From contig CAWAHW010000005.1 of NCBI GenBank assembly GCA_963781885.1, positions 128,001-192,000 on the forward strand: DNA of 64,000 bases, in the 5' to 3' direction. Both the position numbers and the translations under genes were made by a program. The notes beneath the pieces were generated by a model that was given only the letters and a program-made list of their open reading frames with translations, was not told where the DNA came from and searched no databases. This document shows positions 59,716-64,000 of the stretch, in pieces (position 1 is the first letter of the stretch; every line of letters begins with the position of its first letter). This stretch comes from an uncultured Spirochaetota bacterium (lineage in GTDB: Bacteria > Spirochaetota > Spirochaetia > SZUA-6 > Fen-1364).

Positions 59716-60831
59716 CTACTCGTCCTTGAGGAGATCCGCCAGATTGTCGATCGTCGGGACCGGCGATTCCGCCTCCGCGCTCTGCCGGTCCTTCAGCGGG
59801 AGGTAGACACCGTTGTAGAGCGCGGCAAGCTCGAACACGTCGTCCTGCTCGCTGCCCTCCGGGATGCGCACCTCGAGGTTGTAGCCCGGCTCCGACAGGC
59901 CGCGCTTCATCACGTGGATGGGGTCGGAGATGCCCAGCGCGAAGCGAGGCGCGTAGAGGAAGAGGAATCCCAGGACGGCGAGCACGACCGCGATGAAGAA
60001 GACCATGCCCTCGCGGGACGATGTGGCGCCCAGCGGCCTCTGGTCCACGTACACCCCAACGCCGTCCACGTTCACGTAGTCGTAGTCGCCGGCCATGAAG
60101 TGCGTGTCGTAATACGCGGGCGCATAGCGGGTCCAGGCGGTGTTTCCGCCCGGCGCGCGCACGACGAGGAGGGACGCGTCCAGCGCCGCGGCTGCCGCGG
60201 CCCGGTCGGCGAGCCCCACGCTTCCACCGGCGGCAAGGGCGCGCGCGCGGGCCATCTGGCCGTCCGTATATGGCGTTTCGAGCCCCGGGAGGACGCCCGT
60301 GCTTTCCAGCACCGATGCCCCGATCAGCCAGAAGACGAGGAGAGAGACCGCGATGGTCGTGATGGTGGAGAGATGGCGCTGGGCCATGGGCGAGCTCACG
60401 TAGCGGATGCCGCGGAAGAGCTTGATGACCCGCAGGAGCCGCAGGATGCGCGCGATCCGTATCGCCTTGATCACCTTCAGCGTGTTCAGGAAGCTCCCGG
60501 CTCCCGCAAAGAGCCCCACGCCCGCCATCAACGCCAGCACGTGCGGGAAGGAGCTCAGGAGGAGCAGCGGAATGGAGGCGAGAAAGTCGACCCATCCGCG
60601 CTGGTGAAAGAGGTAGTTTCGCGCCTCCCCATTCGTGAGGGCCACGTAGAGGCGCACGAGGAACTCCACCGTGAAGAAGAGGTCGAAGCCGAGCCCTGCC
60701 CAGATGATCGCGCTCCGGGCTGCCACCGTCCAGCCGGCGACGCTCGCCAGGTCCTCGATGAAGGTGTGGATGAGCGCGCCGACGATGACGACGACGACGA
60801 CAGTTTCAAGGATCTCTGCCAATTTGCGCAT
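59716..60831 (-). CDS. Voltage-sensor-domain membrane protein with C-terminal TM-periplasmic-TM-HAMP-like module and no pore
   Basis: S2 'FDLFFTVEFLVR', S3 'GWVDFLASIP', S4 'KVIKAIRIARILRLLRVIKLFR'; HAMP-like 'ISDPIHVM...DDVFELAALYN'. Confidence 0.8.
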   Translation of the reverse strand: MRKLAEILETVVVVVIVGALIHTFIEDLASVAGWTVAARSAIIWAGLGFDLFFTVEFLVRLYVALTNGEARNYLFHQRGWVDFLASIPLLLLSSFPHVLALMAGVGLFAGAGSFLNTLKVIKAIRIARILRLLRVIKLFRGIRYVSSPMAQRHLSTITTIAVSLLVFWLIGASVLESTGVLPGLETPYTDGQMARARALAAGGSVGLADRAAAAAALDASLLVVRAPGGNTAWTRYAPAYYDTHFMAGDYDYVNVDGVGVYVDQRPLGATSSREGMVFFIAVVLAVLGFLFLYAPRFALGISDPIHVMKRGLSEPGYNLEVRIPEGSEQDDVFELAALYNGVYLPLKDRQSAEAESPVPTIDNLADLLKDE

Positions 60832-60840
60832 CAGCGGCTC

Positions 60841-61794
60841 CTACCAGCCATTCTCAGAGGCGATGGTGTACAGCTCGTCGAGCATCCCGGCGTCCAGGCC
60901 GTGCCAGCGCGCGTTCTTTCGATTCACGTTGAACCAGCTCTTGTCGGGCGAATCGGCGCCGCGATCGACCACAAGCCCCGGCGCGAGGGTGCGCCCGCGC
61001 AGCGCGAGGATCGCCGAAAGACGCGCCACGGCTTCCACGTTCGGCGTGAGGGGGAAGGCGAGCGTCCCGCGAAGCCCCATGCCGATGACGGAAGAGGGGA
61101 GGGAAGGCACGAGGGCGGCGATGTTGGGGAGGATCTTCTGGAGATACGATTCCTGCAGCGGCGCGAAGCCTGCATCCTTCTCCACCCGCTCCCCGGCGGT
61201 GATGAAAAGGTACGCGGAGGGCCGAAGCACGAGCAGCACGCGCGTGAGGTCGACGACCGCCGCCGGGACCAGATTCAACCGCTGGACGCGCGTGATTTCC
61301 ACATAGGTGTATTTCTTTCTCTCCCACGCCTGCGGGATATACTTGTCAGCGAGATCGGCGCGCGCCGCGGACACCGATCCGGCGAGGGCCCCCCGGGCAA
61401 TGGGGTGTGCCGCGGCCCGCTGGAGCAGGGCCCTCAGCTCCGTGCGGATGTTCGGCGGCACCTGCCGTCCGCCGGCCATGACCGGGAAGAAGGAGAAGCC
61501 GAGGCGCGTGGAGGCCAGCTCATCGAGGTCCGCCGCAAGCCCCCTGTCGGAGACGGCCTTTATCGCGCGTGCGACAAGGGCGGCCGGCTTCTGCCAGCCC
61601 TGGCTCACGTCGAGGCCCAGGGAGCCGAATATCGAGAGAAGCTGCGGACCGTTGGCGCGCAGGAACTGCAGCGCCTGCTCCTCTTTCTGCAGGGCAGGGA
61701 GCTGGCGCAGCGCCGGCGTATCGAGCATGCGGGAGGCGAATCGTGCGATCGAATCGGGAGATGCTTCCACTTCTCTTATTTTCGGCCCGGGCAT
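60841..61794 (-). CDS. Conserved hypothetical cytoplasmic protein
   Basis: Host-like codon usage; motif-rich C-terminus 'KSWFNVNRKNARWHG...LDELYTIASENGW'; 9 nt from the next gene. Confidence 0.75.
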   Translation of the reverse strand: MPGPKIREVEASPDSIARFASRMLDTPALRQLPALQKEEQALQFLRANGPQLLSIFGSLGLDVSQGWQKPAALVARAIKAVSDRGLAADLDELASTRLGFSFFPVMAGGRQVPPNIRTELRALLQRAAAHPIARGALAGSVSAARADLADKYIPQAWERKKYTYVEITRVQRLNLVPAAVVDLTRVLLVLRPSAYLFITAGERVEKDAGFAPLQESYLQKILPNIAALVPSLPSSVIGMGLRGTLAFPLTPNVEAVARLSAILALRGRTLAPGLVVDRGADSPDKSWFNVNRKNARWHGLDAGMLDELYTIASENGW

Positions 61795-61835
61795 TCATTT
61801 ACATGAACCGCGCTTCCATTGAATAATGGCCCCAG

Positions 61836-64000
61836 ATGGCACGGACGCGCGCTTGCATCACAGTGCTGTGCATCGCCCTGCTTCTTCTGGCGGTCGTGCG
61901 CGTCTCCGCGGACGGCGTGTTCGTGCCTGCCGCCGAGGCTCCCACGACCATTTTTGCCACGAAGCTTGGAAGCGCAGATGTCGACCTGAGCCTCCTGGGC
62001 TCGTGGACGGCGGGCATATCATTTGGAACGGGATTTCTCTATGCCCCCGGCCAGACCCAACCCCTCCAGGCGCTGGACGGGTTCCCGGGCCTGACGCTGG
62101 GATTTCTCTTCAGCCAGACGCCGGATATCACCGCCAGCCTGAACTTGCTCAAGAGATTCTTTCTCGATGCCACGCTGATTGGAAGCTTCGACAACAACGC
62201 TCTGCAGATGGGCTATCGGGGAGCGCCGGGAGAGGTGCTGCAGTCGGTGATCCTGGGAACGCAGGGCATCACGATAAGTCCCAGCGCCTTCCTTCAGATT
62301 CCGGACCAGCCCAAAGGCTCCCTGGGCGCCTCCGCGGAGCTCACCTCGGGCTCTTCAACGAACGACCTGCTCCTGCGTTGGGACCCGACCACGCAAAAAC
62401 AAAAGACTTTCATCGGGAAAAACGAGCTCACCGAGCAGGAGGTGGGCATCGATGCCTACACCCGCGGGATGTATTTTTTCCTCCCCGACACGGGCCTGGA
62501 TGCCAACACGCTCACGGTCCTGATCGAGGATCCCGCGGGCACCGTGACGGGCTCCGACCAGCGGAAGTATCGAACCGCAACCTATACCGACGTCGTCCTG
62601 GACTCCGTGCAGGGGTTGGTGTCGCTGCGCAACGCGCTGAAAGGCAGAGTGCTCGTCTTCTATAGGAAGAACGGTTTCAGCGTCGGGGATCCGGCAATCG
62701 GCCGCGGCGGGCTTCCCGGCACGACCGGGGGCGGGCTCATTCGTGACCCGACCGCGTCGGTGAATTTCGATTTCACCGTGAACCCGTATCTCGGCCAGAA
62801 CATGGCAAATCGGGAGGTGAGCGTGCCGGGCGTCGGCAATTGCCTTCTCCTCTGGCAGCCGGGCGACAACTCGCCGTTCGAGATGGACAACTCCTACGCC
62901 TTTTCCGCGACCCCGCCCACGGACGTATCGAAGATTTCCTTCCAATTCAATCTGAAGGACACGACGGCCGTTGCACCGGCGAAAATCATCTTCCAGAGCA
63001 TTCCCGCGGAGAAGCGATTCCTTGCGCTGCAGAATGCGAATCTCCGCGCCACGTATGAAAACTTTTACCCCTTCTCCCAATACGTCGATGCCAACGGCCA
63101 GAGTCACAGCGCGGACCCGCTTGGCCTCCTCTACGGTCCGCAGCACGACTCCCTGGCCGGCACGCTGGACTTCGACCTTCTCGTCCAGTTCCTGACCCCG
63201 ATCACCGACTACACCCTGGAGGCCAACATCGAGCCCGGCTCCGTGCAGGTCACGGTGAACGGTGTGGCGGAAGACCGTTTCGAGGTCGACGCGGCGTCGG
63301 GCAAGCTCACCCTCGACGTGCCCATACTCCCGACGGACCGCATCGAAGTGACCTACCGCATCGCCGAGCAGGGAAGCACGGGTGGCGACATCCTTTTCGC
63401 GTGGAAGGACAAGATACCGCTTGCAGACTGGGCGACGCTCACGCTTTCAGCCGGGCTGCGATGGAATGCCAATCCCTGGACCTTTTCACAGGAGCCCTAT
63501 TCCAAGTCGGGCACGGTCATTGCCGCGGTGGGCATAGACGGTGCATCGGGCCCGATTTCCTACTCCGCGCAGGCGGGCGTCGCCTACACGAACCCTGATA
63601 CAACGGGCACGCTGCGCCTCTTCGGCATGGAGGGCAGCTCCACCAGCATCGACATCTCGGAGGAGCTCGATTATCCCGCCAGTGCGCCCGCGTCAGCCAG
63701 CGGACTCCTCTTCACCTCAACCCAGGCCAACCGGGGGGAGCTGCTTTATCGGGACTATCGGGTCTATGGTGCTCTGGGAGCAGCAACCCTGCAGCCCATC
63801 GATGGGTCTGCGGCTCCCAACCCGCCGCCGGATCCCAAGCCATACGCGAACGGCTCGCGCATGGGGCCTTATAATGTGGCAGGCAACGCGACAAGCAAAA
63901 ATGCAACCAATCTTGTGCTCGAATATAGCCTGTCGGCCAACACCTGGGCTGGGACGCAAATACCTGTTTCAGCCGGAAGCGACGTGGATCTTTCCAGCGC
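61836..64000 (+). CDS. Large exported/outer-envelope protein (3' truncated by window edge; absent from the ORF track)
   Basis: MARTRACITVLCIALLLLAVVRVSA signal peptide, then 'EAPTTIFATKLGSADVDLSLLGSW'; appears open to the window end; beta-rich. Confidence 0.75.
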   Translation, partial: MARTRACITVLCIALLLLAVVRVSADGVFVPAAEAPTTIFATKLGSADVDLSLLGSWTAGISFGTGFLYAPGQTQPLQALDGFPGLTLGFLFSQTPDITASLNLLKRFFLDATLIGSFDNNALQMGYRGAPGEVLQSVILGTQGITISPSAFLQIPDQPKGSLGASAELTSGSSTNDLLLRWDPTTQKQKTFIGKNELTEQEVGIDAYTRGMYFFLPDTGLDANTLTVLIEDPAGTVTGSDQRKYRTATYTDVVLDSVQGLVSLRNALKGRVLVFYRKNGFSVGDPAIGRGGLPGTTGGGLIRDPTASVNFDFTVNPYLGQNMANREVSVPGVGNCLLLWQPGDNSPFEMDNSYAFSATPPTDVSKISFQFNLKDTTAVAPAKIIFQSIPAEKRFLALQNANLRATYENFYPFSQYVDANGQSHSADPLGLLYGPQHDSLAGTLDFDLLVQFLTPITDYTLEANIEPGSVQVTVNGVAEDRFEVDAASGKLTLDVPILPTDRIEVTYRIAEQGSTGGDILFAWKDKIPLADWATLTLSAGLRWNANPWTFSQEPYSKSGTVIAAVGIDGASGPISYSAQAGVAYTNPDTTGTLRLFGMEGSSTSIDISEELDYPASAPASASGLLFTSTQANRGELLYRDYRVYGALGAATLQPIDGSAAPNPPPDPKPYANGSRMGPYNVAGNATSKNATNLVLEYSLSANTWAGTQIPVSAGSDVDLSS

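Noticed and set aside
59716-60831. Conventional voltage-gated K+ or Na+ channel
   Set aside because: No TVGYG or TLESW-type filter and no pore helix are visible between the last two TMs.
59596-61806. Long antisense ORFs (e.g. 59596-61806, 27299-28900, 13616-15136, 16521-18044)
   Set aside because: They mirror well-supported genes on the opposite strand, as expected in high-GC DNA, and carry no motifs.

Overview
High-GC bacterial chromosomal segment, most likely a Spirochaetota (Spirochaetia) genome. This rests on gene content and order: spoVG-tRNA-Gln-rplY-pth-tilS-ftsH, rplU-prp-rpmA-obgE-nadD-yqeK-LCP-rsfS, cheX, a motility-associated-factor-like gene and PilZ/FlhG-like genes. 1-29 kb and 51-64 kb are mostly core genes. 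Between tRNA-Asp (29.1 kb) and about 51 kb lies accessory material: an atypical class III nucleotide cyclase operon; a divergent cluster of non-pyrrolysine MttB methyltransferase, xanthine-dehydrogenase-family molybdoenzyme and Opu-type ABC importer, with several single-base insertions that are probably read errors; a decayed integrative island at tRNA-Pro that keeps an intact three-gene YafQ toxin module; and a flavinylation-based electron-transfer operon with a two-component system. The most unusual element is a membrane protein at 59.7-60.8 kb: a complete voltage-sensor domain joined to a TM-periplasmic-TM-HAMP module, with no ion pore and no catalytic output. Also noted are a TCCH-loop hairpin repeat family, recurrent leaderless promoters and a candidate sRNA. 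All calls come from motif recognition by eye; no database searches were run.
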